A DNA stretch of 64,000 bases. It comes from Geosiphon pyriformis uo1. Its lineage: Eukaryota; Fungi; Glomeromycota. The DNA is taken from assembly GCA_016748015.1 (NCBI GenBank), contig JAAOMT010000523.1, positions 990,156 through 1,054,155 on the forward strand, in the 5' to 3' direction. The position numbers were made by a program, and so were the translations under genes. Positions 42,291 through 54,279 of this stretch are shown here, one piece after another. The notes beneath the pieces are model-generated. The model saw only the letters and a list, made by a program, of their open reading frames with translations. It made no database searches and was not told the DNA's origin. The first letter of the stretch is position 1. Every line of letters starts with the position of its first letter.

Positions 42291-42924
42291 TATTTTAAAT
42301 TACATTCTGAAATTGCAACATTAAGATTCCCTTTTGAGTTCTGTTTTTTTTAACAATTTGAAGGTTGTTATTTATCCTAAACAAAAAATAATAAAATTTT
42401 AACAAAAAAGAAAAAGATTAAAAGCTTCTTTTTCTTTTGTTTTTAAAAGATATACAAATAGTTTAGAAATAATTAAACAGGATGACCAAAAATTATGATG
42501 GTGATGTTATTTTTTTAAAATTTAGTGTTATATAAGAGAGTAATGAAAAACTAGAAGTTTCCCAAATTTAATGAATTATAAAACTCTTAGTTATGACCAC
42601 TAGTGACAATGATTAATCATATTATGTTTTATATTGTTAAAATTAAAAGCTCTTTGGCAAAATAAATAAAATAATACAAATTCCTATAAATTTTTATTGA
42701 AATCTTTTTTTAAATGAATATTAAAAACTAATTTTATTTTATGAAATAATGTTATGCATTTTTTTCTAACCCATTTAATTAACATATTCATTGCTGACTA
42801 TAAAAAATCTTCTAATTCCAGGCTCAAATATAATTTTATTTCTCAAACAGTAAAGAGTCCGATTGAGAAAAAAGGTGATTGAACATAAAATAAATAATTA
42901 AAGAAGATTACATAAGTACATTTC

Positions 42925-43243
42925 AGATTAAATGTTACTTGGTGTGAATAATGGTTTTTTAGGACTTTTTGTGAATTTTATTATGATAATTATTCCCAAT
43001 CATATTATCATTTTTGCTTCAAACTGTATCATCATTATTATTTCCAATCCTACTGTCATTATTGTTCCCAATGTCACTTTAAACATTGTTGCCAAATCTG
43101 TTCTCATTCTCATCACTTTTATTTGTAATGACAGTAGGATTTGAAATAACTGAAATTGGAGAGTCTTTTGATAGGCTTAATAGAAATGAGAAAACAAAAG
43201 AAAGGAGGACTAAAATAGGTCTGTATACTTTGTGTTTGAGTAT
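42925..43243 (-). pseudogene. Decayed small secreted-type protein with Asn-rich octapeptide repeats
   Basis: (ATA)LKHKVYRPILVLLSFVFSFLLSLSKDSP followed by GNNV*SDI, GNNNDSRI, GNNNDDTV, *SKNDNMI and GNNYHNKI. Confidence 0.5.
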
Positions 43244-43559
43244 TGATGTTGATGTAAAAATTTTTGATTTTTAAAAAAAATCAATATCAAAATAATAGAA
43301 ATCTTCAAAATAAACACATATATTTCACAACAGAACACTAAAATATTTATTAAACATTTAATTATCAAGCCAACTTTCTGATTCTATAAGTTGTGTCAAT
43401 TTTTTAGTAATTCGCATTTCAGAATAATGTGTCATACACCTTTTTTTTCTATTAGCAATCAAACCAGTTTTTGTTAAGCAGATACACAACTGTTAGCAAA
43501 ATATTTTGTGATTAAATTGATGTAAATATTATTATTCAGCAATAAATATATAAAAATAT

Positions 43560-44370
43560 ATACTTATTACCTTATTTATAACTGCCTTATACATATACAC
43601 AAATTTAGGCATATCTGACCAGTCTTTCAGCAGAGAATAGTGATAAACTTTGAATAATCTATATGCATCTAAAAAAAATATTCAAATATTTTAAAAGATT
43701 ATCCCCACACTTAGTTTAAAACATTATATTACAATTTATATCATGAAAGTCAAGCATTGTTAATGATACTTTAATTTTCTAGGCTGTTAATTCATAAATT
43801 CACAAATCAGCAAACAATTGATGTTGAACATTTGCTTTTCCAATAATAAATAATATTGTAAAAACAGACCATACTGATGGCATTCTTTATATCATCTTCA
43901 TCTTGCTTTTTTCTAGAAGCACCACAAATAAGAGAATAATTGATAATATTGTTCATATAACCTATTCTATCTGCATGAATGCATGATTTTTCTGTTTGTA
44001 AATGAATTTCACTGCTATAGAAATCATATAAATGCATTGATTAGTATGAACAGAAATGCTTTTTACAATTAAAAATTAAATCAGGAAAACTACTAAATAT
44101 AGTTTTTTCTCCCAAATATCCAAAGTGCTGCATCAATTATTTGATGCTCAAATTAATTTAGATAAGGTTTTTCTAATGTTTCAAGGTTGCACAAAAAATT
44201 AAGAACATCTAATGAAAATGCTTTGAAACTATATACAATTAATAAGTACTTAATGTACTGTTATTTATATCTTTTTCAGTCAAAAAACTTTCAAAAAATT
44301 CAAATAGTACTGGTTTTTATGTAAATATTATTGAAGAATTGCTTGAAGAGTCAAAAAAAACATATGAGCT
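43560..44370 (-). pseudogene. Gene relic, possibly PD-(D/E)XK-like
   Basis: ORF 43807-44037 EIHLQ...HADRIG...KKQDEDDIK; coding-like composition; family assignment weak. Confidence 0.3.
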
Positions 44371-44698
44371 ATGAAGAACTGGAAAAAACGTTATGAGATA
44401 TTTAAGTCCCAATACTCAAGTCCCAATACTGAATTAATTGAGCTTAATATACATTTAAAAAAACAAAAATAGATTAACTAAAACTTGGTATCTTCCCAAA
44501 GATTCTCTCTATCCCATATTTAGCTTCTTTTTTTTTTCTACAAAACTGTTCGAGTTTAGCATGGAAGTTATCATCTCTCTCTTTTATTGAATAATTAATT
44601 GAGCTGGTCTAATTAATAATATTGAGTAAGTCAGATATTCAAATAGATTTGGTTTTCAAATTTCTTCTCTGATGGTTGATTTAAACCATTATTTTTGG

Positions 44699-45540
44699 TG
44701 TTATAGATGATTATTTGGAGTCTCAAATCAAATAACAAATTCATAACTTGGTGCTTGGTTGGTATTCTGGAGTTGATATCTGAAGGTTTTGTTGTGGAGT
44801 TCTTTGTATAATGAACAGAGAGTTAATTGATGGTTTTATCCATAGCTTCCTGAAACTGTAGTTTTATCAAATTTTTTTCTCAGTGTAGTAGCCAGTAATC
44901 CTCCTGATAAGCTATCTTCAAATCTATGAGTGTTCTACCCTTGTTTCACAGATCTTTTACCAGTTACTATAACGTCTGTGTCTTAGCACTTTAATTCTCA
45001 ATTAATTAGTATACAACAATAAAATCAAAGAAAATAAAGAAATAAGCCAAGGCAATGCACAAGTTAGTATTCTGTCAATAGCTGTGATCAAGAGCTATTG
45101 TTCCAGTGGGGTTAAATATTAATTACTATTAATATGAAGTGTTAATAATGGAGAGTGAATTGAGATAATAAATAATTATTTATTTGATATTTGTGATGTG
45201 GAAGGTTTTTAACTGATAGATTCTTCTTCTTTTTACTTCTAACACTATTGCTATATATACATAATTTGGGTTCTATGAGATCACTCACATTCTCAAATAA
45301 TGTGCTATAATTTCTTAAGCAATGCTCATATTGTTTAACAATGTGTTATATCTTCTTAACATTGCTCCATATTGCTAAGCAATGTGCCATGATTTTTGAC
45401 ATTGCTCCATATTGTTGAGCAATATGCCATAATTTCTGACATTGCTCCACATTGCTAAACAATGTACTCACATGCTAACTACTACTACTTGCTTATTGGT
45501 CTACTATTTTTCTATATCTGTTTTCTTTTTATGAGTAACA
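44699..45540 (-). mobile_element. Family A solo LTR
   Basis: Minus strand TGTTACTCATA...CTATAACA; flanks TTGG and TCAG are compatible with an ancestral TCGG TSD; 39-bp repeats at about 45300-45470. Confidence 0.85.
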
Positions 45541-46057
45541 TCAGACATAGGCATTATTTGTTATTTGTGCAAGAGTAATTCTTGTTCCAGATTTTATATA
45601 TTTAATAAGTTGAAATATAATATCTATTGACTATTGTTATAGTCACATTTTTAAGTATTTTTCAGGATTCTATGATTTCTTCAAATGCTTTTAAAGATAA
45701 ATAAGATGTATTTCATTCTTTTTTGTAATTATATAAAATTCTCAAAAATTATTGAAAATTATTGAAAATGATTGGTAATTATAGTTAATTATATATAATA
45801 TCTAATATTAATAATTTTGTTATTTATTTTATATTTTTTAAATATATCAATAAGTATGTTACTGTTTTTTCTCATAATATTTATTATTATTTATTATGAA
45901 TAATGTAAAAAATCTTAAGAAAGAATTATATAACATCCTCCAAGATTCTTTAGAGATACTTAGTTATAATAGAAAATTGTGGGATAAGTATGAGGAGTGA
46001 AAAAAACATTTTAATCAGGAGTAAGATTAAGAGAGAAAAAAATGGTACCAGAATCTA

Positions 46058-46549
46058 GTGTGTGCCAATATTAAGATTCAAAAATTATGCATTCATAATT
46101 CAGAACTTGTTGATGAGATTAAGTGCCTCCAGACTGGAAATTCTCAGAACAATATTTCTCTTGCAGACTCTAAGACTAAGAATAAACCACTCCAGATTAA
46201 GATAAATTTATTGAAAAATAAGTTAGCTTCGGCCCAGAAGGATGTATCTTCAGCCCAAAAAATCTCATCAAAAAAAATAGCTGAATTAAAATACATAAAG
46301 AATGAATTGACATCAAAAGTCAATGAGTTAGAGCTATTGAAATTGGAATCTGTAATTGGAAGAGGTAATGAGAAGCAGAGGAAGCAGAGCTTTGAGTTCT
46401 TGATTCACCTTATTATGTCTACAATAAAAAATATAATAGATTCCAAAGAACAGAGATTAAAGTTTTCAATTCATAATATTCCAACAATTAGCAAACCTAG
46501 AAAGAATTTTCATGAATTTTTTCACAAAGATTTTTTATACCAGATCTAG
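46058..46549 (+). pseudogene. Coiled-coil protein fragment of unknown family
   Basis: 163-codon K/E/L-rich open frame; a hydrophobic stretch follows at about 46710-46790. Confidence 0.3.
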
Positions 46550-46959
46550 AGTAATGTTTCTTCTGATGTAGCATCTTAGAATATATAGATAAAGTCTAAT
46601 CTATTTCAAAATATAATCTCATATCTTGTACAACAGAGAACTCACACTCACTGTCTAATCGACTTATCACATTCACAGATTCCAGTAGTAAGTAAAAAAG
46701 CAGTTCCTATTATAGCAAGTATTTTTATGTCACCACTATTTTTTATTTTATTGGTAATTACAGGTGTGTGTTTTATGATACTAAAACATATTTGGAATGA
46801 AAAGAAAAGTTGAGCAATGTGGGAAGCAGAGCATTATTTCTCCAGAAATAGCTTTGAGGCTCTGCCTCTCAGCATATAAATCTATATTAAATATATAAAA
46901 TCTATTTCAAAATGGATTGATATAAATAAAATATGAAAATAGATAAAAAATACAAATGA

Positions 46960-47640
46960 TCAAAGATTAATAGTATATTGATGAAGAAATTATGAGACTT
47001 GAATTGATATTTCGAAATGGATGTATGTTAGCTTGCTTTAATACTTGCATTAATAAGCTCTTGTTTATAATTGTAATAGATGAATAAAAGGCTTCACATG
47101 TCTTTGTAAAAGGTATTTTGGCTTAGTTAAGATGAAAATATCTTGGTATTATATTCAAGTCTCTCACTAAAATGTTCAGATATAAATCCTTATGAGTGAC
47201 CTGAATTCCAACTATGCCAAATTAATTGCTTATTGGTTTATATATAGTACCAATAATACTTATTTTATCTAAGGTTTCCCTCCACAATTTTATAGAATCA
47301 TCCTCTTTTTTTGAATTAATGCAAACAATCTATGAAGATTCCATATAAACAAGTTCATATATTTTACCTTTACATTTTTTTATTATTATAGCATCAAGTT
47401 TTTTTCTTATTGATACTTTGAAAGAGTGTGAACTCCTTTTTTTATTCATTCCATGAAGTTTTTGGATCTCACTTGCTATACTCTGATATTCTGCAATGCT
47501 TATACAAATACTACCATTTGAAAATCATCCAAACTGGCCTAAAATAAAGGTACAATAACATTTGTAATATAAGTTTCTTTACTTTGAGAACTACATATTT
47601 TTTTAGTTGCAAATGCTAAATTGTTCTATACACCCTCTCT
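46960..47640 (-). pseudogene. Decayed PD-(D/E)XK restriction-endonuclease-like (Crinkler C-terminal type) gene
   Basis: Reverse complement gives ETYITNVIVPF...KKLDAI...YELVYMESS...KKEDDSIKLWRETLD...FGIVGIQV...LNILVRD. Confidence 0.5.
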
Positions 47641-49015
47641 ATATTAAAATCAATTAAAAAGTTATCTTAAAAATCAAATACAAAGATAAAAAAAATACCT
47701 ACAGAATGCTTAATATACAATTTATTTGTTTTATTAGTTTAATTTCTTCCTTTTTTTATTCTTTGTTATGTACAATGTTCTTTTTTTTGTTAGATAAATA
47801 ACAGTAGCAGAACATATAGCATCAAAAAAGCCTTCGAAAAAAAGAGCTTTGATTTTAAAAACAAAGTTTAACATATTAACAATAAATAGTTTGTCAAAAT
47901 AATGCAAGTAAAAATAAAGTAATAAATATATAAAATATAGATATTTAATCTTACTAAACTCAAATAAGTTAAGATAATTACTTCCTTAAAAGCATTTTTG
48001 TTTCTTTACCAAGATGGTTTTATTTACAGCCAATAATAATCTCTTGAAATTTTGAGAAATGGCTCTTCTAAAACTATACACAGTTAAAAATAACTTTCTG
48101 ATCATCTATAACATTTTTTCTTTTAATAGCTGAGAGATTAATATTTAAAGCAAAGAATTTCTTCTAATTTTTTTATTTACTTTAAGAACAGACCAACTAA
48201 ATTTTAAAACAAAGTAAAAATAAAATAAAAAAAACATTTTTTATTATTAAAACCATATTTAATTATATTAATAAAAAAGTTATTAACTTGCAAATATTTA
48301 CTTTTTTTGTTTTTAAAATATTTATTTGAAAATTCAAAAAAGTTTTGTTTTTATTATTATTAAATTTTTTATTAATTATTATAGATTTTTTATCATATAT
48401 TTTATATCTGTTTTTATGTTTTTATTTTATTTTTTATTTAACAAATATAATCTATTTGTTATTTAATACAATATAATAAATTAAATATAAATTACATATT
48501 TACTACATATGATTAATTATTCAGATCAATTAAAATTATATTATTATTTAAATAAAAAACAAAAATAGCATATATAAATTAAAATTTATATTATATTATC
48601 AAACAAAACTGATAGAAAACTATGAACTAACAAATAAACAAAGCTATTTTATTAACCAAATTATATTTAAACAAATTAATTTTATATTTAAATTTATATA
48701 ATTATAGAAAATTACTAATTCGACTTATTTTTTTGTTAAATCAATCTATTTACAATATATAATATAAATATATATAGAATTTTTATTAATAATTCTAATA
48801 AATATTGGTTTAATTAAAATAAAAAATAATTTTTTATTATATAAAATTAAATATAAATTATATATTTAATTTTTTATTATGTTTTAAATAATTTATAGTG
48901 TTTTATAATTAAAAAACACTTTATTATAGACAATTATTATATTTAAAAACTTCTTTTTCTCCTGCACCCAAAATTCCCCAAAGAGCCTGTTTTTGAAAGT
49001 GAAGTTTTTTGTTTT

Positions 49016-50959
49016 TTGTTTTTTCTGCTATATTGTTTCAACATTTCTTTACACGATAACCCTTTTGTTGTGGATTTGGAGGCTGCTGCTAGTGGTAGTA
49101 TGGCTAGAAAAAAGGTACATAAGGGAGTCTTTCATGGTCCTGCTGATGATTCATTTGCTCAGAAAAAGAAAGTGGTTGTTGGCAATGTTAAGCACTCTGA
49201 TGATGAAAAAGATGTTTCTTTGGACAAACCTGTCACTGGTGGTAATACGTTCTCTAATGTGGATGGTGAGTCTAGTGATAGTAAAAGCAGTGTCTTGATG
49301 GCTGGTGTTAGTGCTGGTTCTTTGCTTGGCTCAGCTGTCAATACTCCCAAAGCCAAAAATGTGATATCTGGTGTTGTTGATGGCTCTTCTCTCGGCTCAA
49401 TTAACTATGATATAGACGAAGATGTCGAGAACCTCCCTTCTCCTCTCAATCTCCCTCTCAGCAAAAGGTGGATTGATCCCAAAGTGGTGAAGACTCCTGT
49501 GGAAGTGGCGGTTAAGAAGTTTTATGCTTTAAATATTAATCTGTCAGCAGTAGAAAAGAAATCAACTACGGCCAAAACTCAAGCAATCAGGAAGATTTTT
49601 TCAGTTGTCAATGGTTTTAGGGGGGCCATTACTCCCTCAAAATTTGAAGGGATCATCAGATCCACATTTACATCTGAGGAGAGCATAAACAAAGCCGCGT
49701 TATTGGCTGAAGAGAAAGGAATCAAGGTAAATGGTGATCTTAAAAGACAAGAGATTAGGTCAGATTGGGCTGTGGTGATCAAAGAAATTTCCATGGACAC
49801 ACCAAAGGATATGATCGTCACTGCAGTGTTCAAATTTGGGGAAATTAAATCAATCAAGATTCAGCTGATCGGAATGTGGCAGAAGGCTGTAGTGGAATTC
49901 ACTGAATTGGGACAGGCAGAGCAATTGGCTTCAAAATGGTCCTTCTTAATTGGGAAGGATTCTGTGCATGTGACGAAAGCCATGGGAGATCGTGATGTCT
50001 GGGCCTCTAGGAATCGTTTTAGGGCACTTCTGTTTACATTGCCAGTGGGAACAACTGCACATGATCTTAGTAATCTTTTGAATAGGACTGGTGGCAAAAC
50101 TTGCATCATTAATTGTTCATTGGACACTGGCAATAGAGTTTATTGTGCTGTGGTTGGCTTCGAATCCAAAAATGATCTGAATTCTGCTTTTCTCACTGAG
50201 CCTGTTTTTGGTGGTGTTTGTCTCTCGTGGGCTAGATTGGATTTGGTTTGGTGTGGAAAGTATGGACGTCTTGGTCATTCGGCTCTAGAGTGTGATGCAC
50301 CAGATATGTCATCTCCTGATCTCTTGAGTTTTTCTAATAAAAAACATGCTCTTGGTGTTGATTGTCTCCAGTTGGCTAAGTTATATGCAAAGAAGAATGT
50401 TCCCATATCTCGCTCTGCTGCCTTTGGTGGCAAATCATGGGCTCAGGTAGTCTCTCTGGCTTCCCCTTCTGGTGGCTCTCTTTCTGATTCTGGTCTTGGT
50501 GTTGGCTTCTCTCCCCCTACGACTTCAGTTCTGAGTGGTGGTTTTCCCTCTTTTATGATTCTCGATTCTTCTTTGGATGTTCGATTGGCGTCTTTGGAAT
50601 GCTCTCTTGAGTTGTTGGCTGACCAAGTGTCTAGTATTTTGAGGAAACTGAGTTGTGTTGAATTGGTGCACATGGTTTCATCTTTTGGTGCCCCTCTTTT
50701 GGTTGGCTCTGTGCCTTTGGCCTCTGTTTTGGACTCTGATATGGCTTTGGATGGCGAATTGGCATCATTTGCTCTCCATTCTTCAAGTGCTGATTTGGGT
50801 GCTGGTTTTAATTCGAGTAGCTCGAAGGTTCTAACTAACAAGGTGGGTGGTTTGGAGTCTAAAATGTCAGCTCTGGAGGCTTTTGTCAGTTCTGTTTTGG
50901 CTAGGTTAGATCTTTTGTGTTCGGATTTGGGTTCATTGGCTCTCCCTTTTTCCCAATGA
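49016..50959 (+). CDS. LINE ORF1 (RRM-like domains, decayed CCHC knuckle, C-terminal coiled coil); first ATG at 49100
   Basis: 647-codon open frame; VVIKEI...FGEIKSIKI...AVVEF and CGKYGRLGHSALEC. Confidence 0.8.
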   Translation: MFFLLYCFNISLHDNPFVVDLEAAASGSMARKKVHKGVFHGPADDSFAQKKKVVVGNVKHSDDEKDVSLDKPVTGGNTFSNVDGESSDSKSSVLMAGVSAGSLLGSAVNTPKAKNVISGVVDGSSLGSINYDIDEDVENLPSPLNLPLSKRWIDPKVVKTPVEVAVKKFYALNINLSAVEKKSTTAKTQAIRKIFSVVNGFRGAITPSKFEGIIRSTFTSEESINKAALLAEEKGIKVNGDLKRQEIRSDWAVVIKEISMDTPKDMIVTAVFKFGEIKSIKIQLIGMWQKAVVEFTELGQAEQLASKWSFLIGKDSVHVTKAMGDRDVWASRNRFRALLFTLPVGTTAHDLSNLLNRTGGKTCIINCSLDTGNRVYCAVVGFESKNDLNSAFLTEPVFGGVCLSWARLDLVWCGKYGRLGHSALECDAPDMSSPDLLSFSNKKHALGVDCLQLAKLYAKKNVPISRSAAFGGKSWAQVVSLASPSGGSLSDSGLGVGFSPPTTSVLSGGFPSFMILDSSLDVRLASLECSLELLADQVSSILRKLSCVELVHMVSSFGAPLLVGSVPLASVLDSDMALDGELASFALHSSSADLGAGFNSSSSKVLTNKVGGLESKMSALEAFVSSVLARLDLLCSDLGSLALPFSQ

Positions 50960-53255
50960 GTCAGTTGGTGTGGAAGTTTGCTACTTGTAATGTTCGGGGC
51001 CTGAATAACTCTGCTAAGCAGGCAGATGTTATTCGCTGGCACTTTGATATGGGTAACTTGGTTTCGATTTTCACAGAATCTAAGCTTAAGAACAAGGTTT
51101 GACCATGAATTGCTGGCAAGTTTGATGGTGTTCAGGTCTTTACTTCTGGTTTGGATTCTGGTTATCTTGGTTCTGGTGTAGCAATTGTCATAAACAATTC
51201 TTTGGCAAGGCATATTTTCAAAGTTTCTGAGGTGCCCAGCCAGCTCCTCTCCGTCAGACTTCTCTTCAAAAATAAACTTTCAGTTTCTATTTTGGGTCTT
51301 TACACTGGTGCCTCTTCAAGTGTCTGATTCTCACAGACTGGTGACATCAATTCTTTGATTGCTAAGGCAATAAATGAATCATCTTTTGTGGTCTTGGGTG
51401 GCAACTTTAATGAGGATAGCGTTCGTAAGAGTGCCAGTTTCAAAAAGTGCTTTGATCTGGGTCTGGTTAATGTCTTGGGTAGAAGTGTGCTTGCAAAGAC
51501 GCTGACATGGGGTAACTCTCATGGTGTTGTCAAGACCATTGACTATATGTTCATCTCTTCAAGCTTGATCAATGCTGTGGTGGATTGTGGTATGACTGGA
51601 GTCAAGAACTTTTTTGATACTGATCATAAAGCTGTTTCTGTTTCTGTGGATTTGGGTGGCTTGCTTGACTTTCAGCTGAATTTGATGTGCAAGCAGGCTA
51701 ATAAAAATTGTTGGAAGTTCGATTTTGGAAATGCTGGTGAGAAAGAGTAGAACAATTTTAAGGATGCTACATTGGCCAATGGCCTAATGTTCTCGAATGA
51801 TTTCGCTGTTTCTGCGGAATCTTCAGATTTGGATGCTATGTGGGACATTGTACGCAAAGTAATGGTTCTCTCAGCAGTTGGAACATTCAAAAAGAAATGG
51901 TTTAAGGGTTATGATGAGGTTTTTACCAAAAGTTCTTCTAGGTTTCACAAGCTTGAGTTGCTGGTATCCAAGCTGGTTAAGGCGTCTCATTTGTTGTCTA
52001 GTGTGGAATTTGTGTCGTTGTTGAATATGTGGGAGAAGCTCGATGCCAATGGTGCTTCGGTGGTAAAGTCTTTATTTCTTTTAAGTTCCAGTTTTGACAG
52101 GATTTGCTCGGCTCTGGCTAAGGCAAGGAAGTCTTTACCACTTTGCTAAGTTGCTAGAATCCAAATGTGCTAAGAAATCCCATATCAGGGTGGCTATTAA
52201 TAAAAAGATGGAAAGTTTTGAATCAGACAAGGGTCACACTATTAGGAGTGTTTTGGAGCATCCCTTTCACAGAGTAGTACTGGATCATCTGGTTGTAGGT
52301 AATAAGTTGATTTTGGAGCCTAGCCTAATTAAGGCTAGGGTGAATGGGATCATGGAAGGCTGGACCAGGAAGTACAAGGTGGTGTCAGATATCTCTGATA
52401 TTTGGTCTCGCCAGTACAGACCTTTGGAGCATGTTTTCAATAGTGCATTTTCTGGTGTAATGAGTCCTATTAGTTTCAATGAGTTGTTCAGTGTGGTTTT
52501 TGGTCTGCCTGAGGACAAGGCTGCTGGTCTCTCTGGGATTTTAAACGAGCTCTTGAAACACTATAACAGATCAATTTTGAACATGTTTTTGGTGCTTTTA
52601 AATTCTTGTTTGATTCGTGAATTAATACCTAGTGCTTGAAAGGAAGCCTGGGTTTCAATGATCTTTAAGCTGTATGAGTGGGAAGGAGTTCTTACAAACA
52701 CCCAACCTATTGCCTTGATTGAGACTGCCTGCAAGATTCTTTCTAAGATTCTTTCAGATAGGATCTCATTGGCTTGTAGTACTTTTGATGTTCTGCATGG
52801 GGACAATTTTTCGGTTTTAAAGGGTACGACAACACAGTCTCCCATTTTTGCCATTGGCTCAGTTATTGAGAATGCTTTGGAGAAGAATCGTGAACTTTGG
52901 TTGGTCTTGTAAGACATGCGGAAGGCTTATGATTCTGTTGGGTGGGAACACCTTCAGGACAATTTGGTTAGGATAAAGATGTGTAGTAGGTTCATTAGAT
53001 TCTTTGGCAGCATCCACAGTGGTCGCGTTAACAGAGTTATGACGGATTTTGGTTTGACGGACAGGTACGAGATGCATGATGGCTTGGACCAAGGGGAGGT
53101 GTTCTCACTGCTCTTTTGGCGCATATTTTATAATCCCCTTTTGTGTGAAATTAAGAGACAGATGGATGGGTGTGATTATAGATTGAATTTTTATTTTATT
53201 TCTGGATGTGGTCATGCTGAGTCTCGGACTGGTGTAACCTCATTTTTTGCAGTGG
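50956..53255 (+). pseudogene. LINE ORF2 5' part (APE endonuclease and RT N-terminal half)
   Basis: FATCNVRGLN, TESK, GNFNE, TIDY and TDHK (APE); PIALIE, DMRKAYDSV and GLDQGE (RT); several stops. Confidence 0.92.
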
Positions 53256-54241
53256 TGTTACCAGACAAAATTAGAAATATCATTTAGCATGAAATTATCT
53301 CATAATTCCTATCATTAATTAGCATATATTATCATTTCAAATTATCACTTATTACATTAGCAAAGAATGTCCGAAATTATCATTTAATTAATAACCCAAA
53401 TTGTACACAACACAAATGTAACCTAATTGCGATGATCAATCATGCAATACCCCGAACTATGTAATATTCAAAAGTTTGCTGAAATTTATAGAAATTTGCC
53501 GAAATAATTGATAGTTCACTGAAATATCTAATAGTTCGCAGAAATGACTTATAGTTCACCAAAATATATCTTTAGTTCAGCAAAATTGTAGAAAATAGCA
53601 AAGTTCAAGTTCATAGAATAGTGTTATGACAAGTTGTATAAAAGATGAGCTTCTCTCTTCGAGAAAATGTATCTTACTTTAGATTTATTACTTAGAACCA
53701 TTCTTACATACACAAAAAGAAATAAAAATCAAATAATTTGAAAAAACCAAATTTTTTAATTATTACACTTGGAAAATCCTCAAAACCCAACTAACGTTTT
53801 GAAATTGATTAGCTACCAATTTCAGTAAACTGTTAGTAACTCTAGGCCTGGATAGAAAATGTTTCTCTTGACAAAATTCTATTTCTTTTTACATTTCTTT
53901 TATTTTCTTTTATTTTCTTTTATTATTATAATCATTAGGGTAGCCTACAAACAAAATTCTTGTAGAAGAGTTGACTTTCACAGCAAAGTAACTACACATT
54001 TTTAGTGAGCTTCCAAATGAGCAATTTCTGGGAAAGAGTTGACGTTTACTACAATGTAACTACATAAAGTAACTGGCAAGGAATTGGCCATTCCACTTAT
54101 AAGCCCAGCAGTTCAAATTATAGGAGATAATTTGAAGATAAATTCAGTTATTGGAGGTTCAACCATGTCCAAAAAATGTGAATTCACAGCAAATAAGTAT
54201 CAACAACATTACAGAAAAGAGACCAAAAACCTCTGGTAACA
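53256..54241 (+). repeat. 5' LTR of D
   Basis: Direct repeat of 61810-62795 with 10-bp terminal inverted repeat. Confidence 0.97.
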
Positions 54242-54243
54242 TT

Positions 54244-54260
54244 TGGTGCTCTCCCACAGA
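54244..54260 (+). other. Primer-binding site of D
   Basis: TGGTGCTCTCCCACAGA 2 nt after the LTR. Confidence 0.75.
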
Positions 54261-54279
54261 AATAACACAGCAACAAATT

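Noticed and set aside
44389-45935. Older LTR (CGTTATGAG...TATAACA) hosting the solo LTR
   Set aside because: No second copy, PBS or TSD found in the window.
50443-51213. 256-aa minus-strand ORF and other antisense ORFs over the LINE and Gypsy coding regions
   Set aside because: Shadow frames of recognisable opposite-strand genes, with no motifs of their own.
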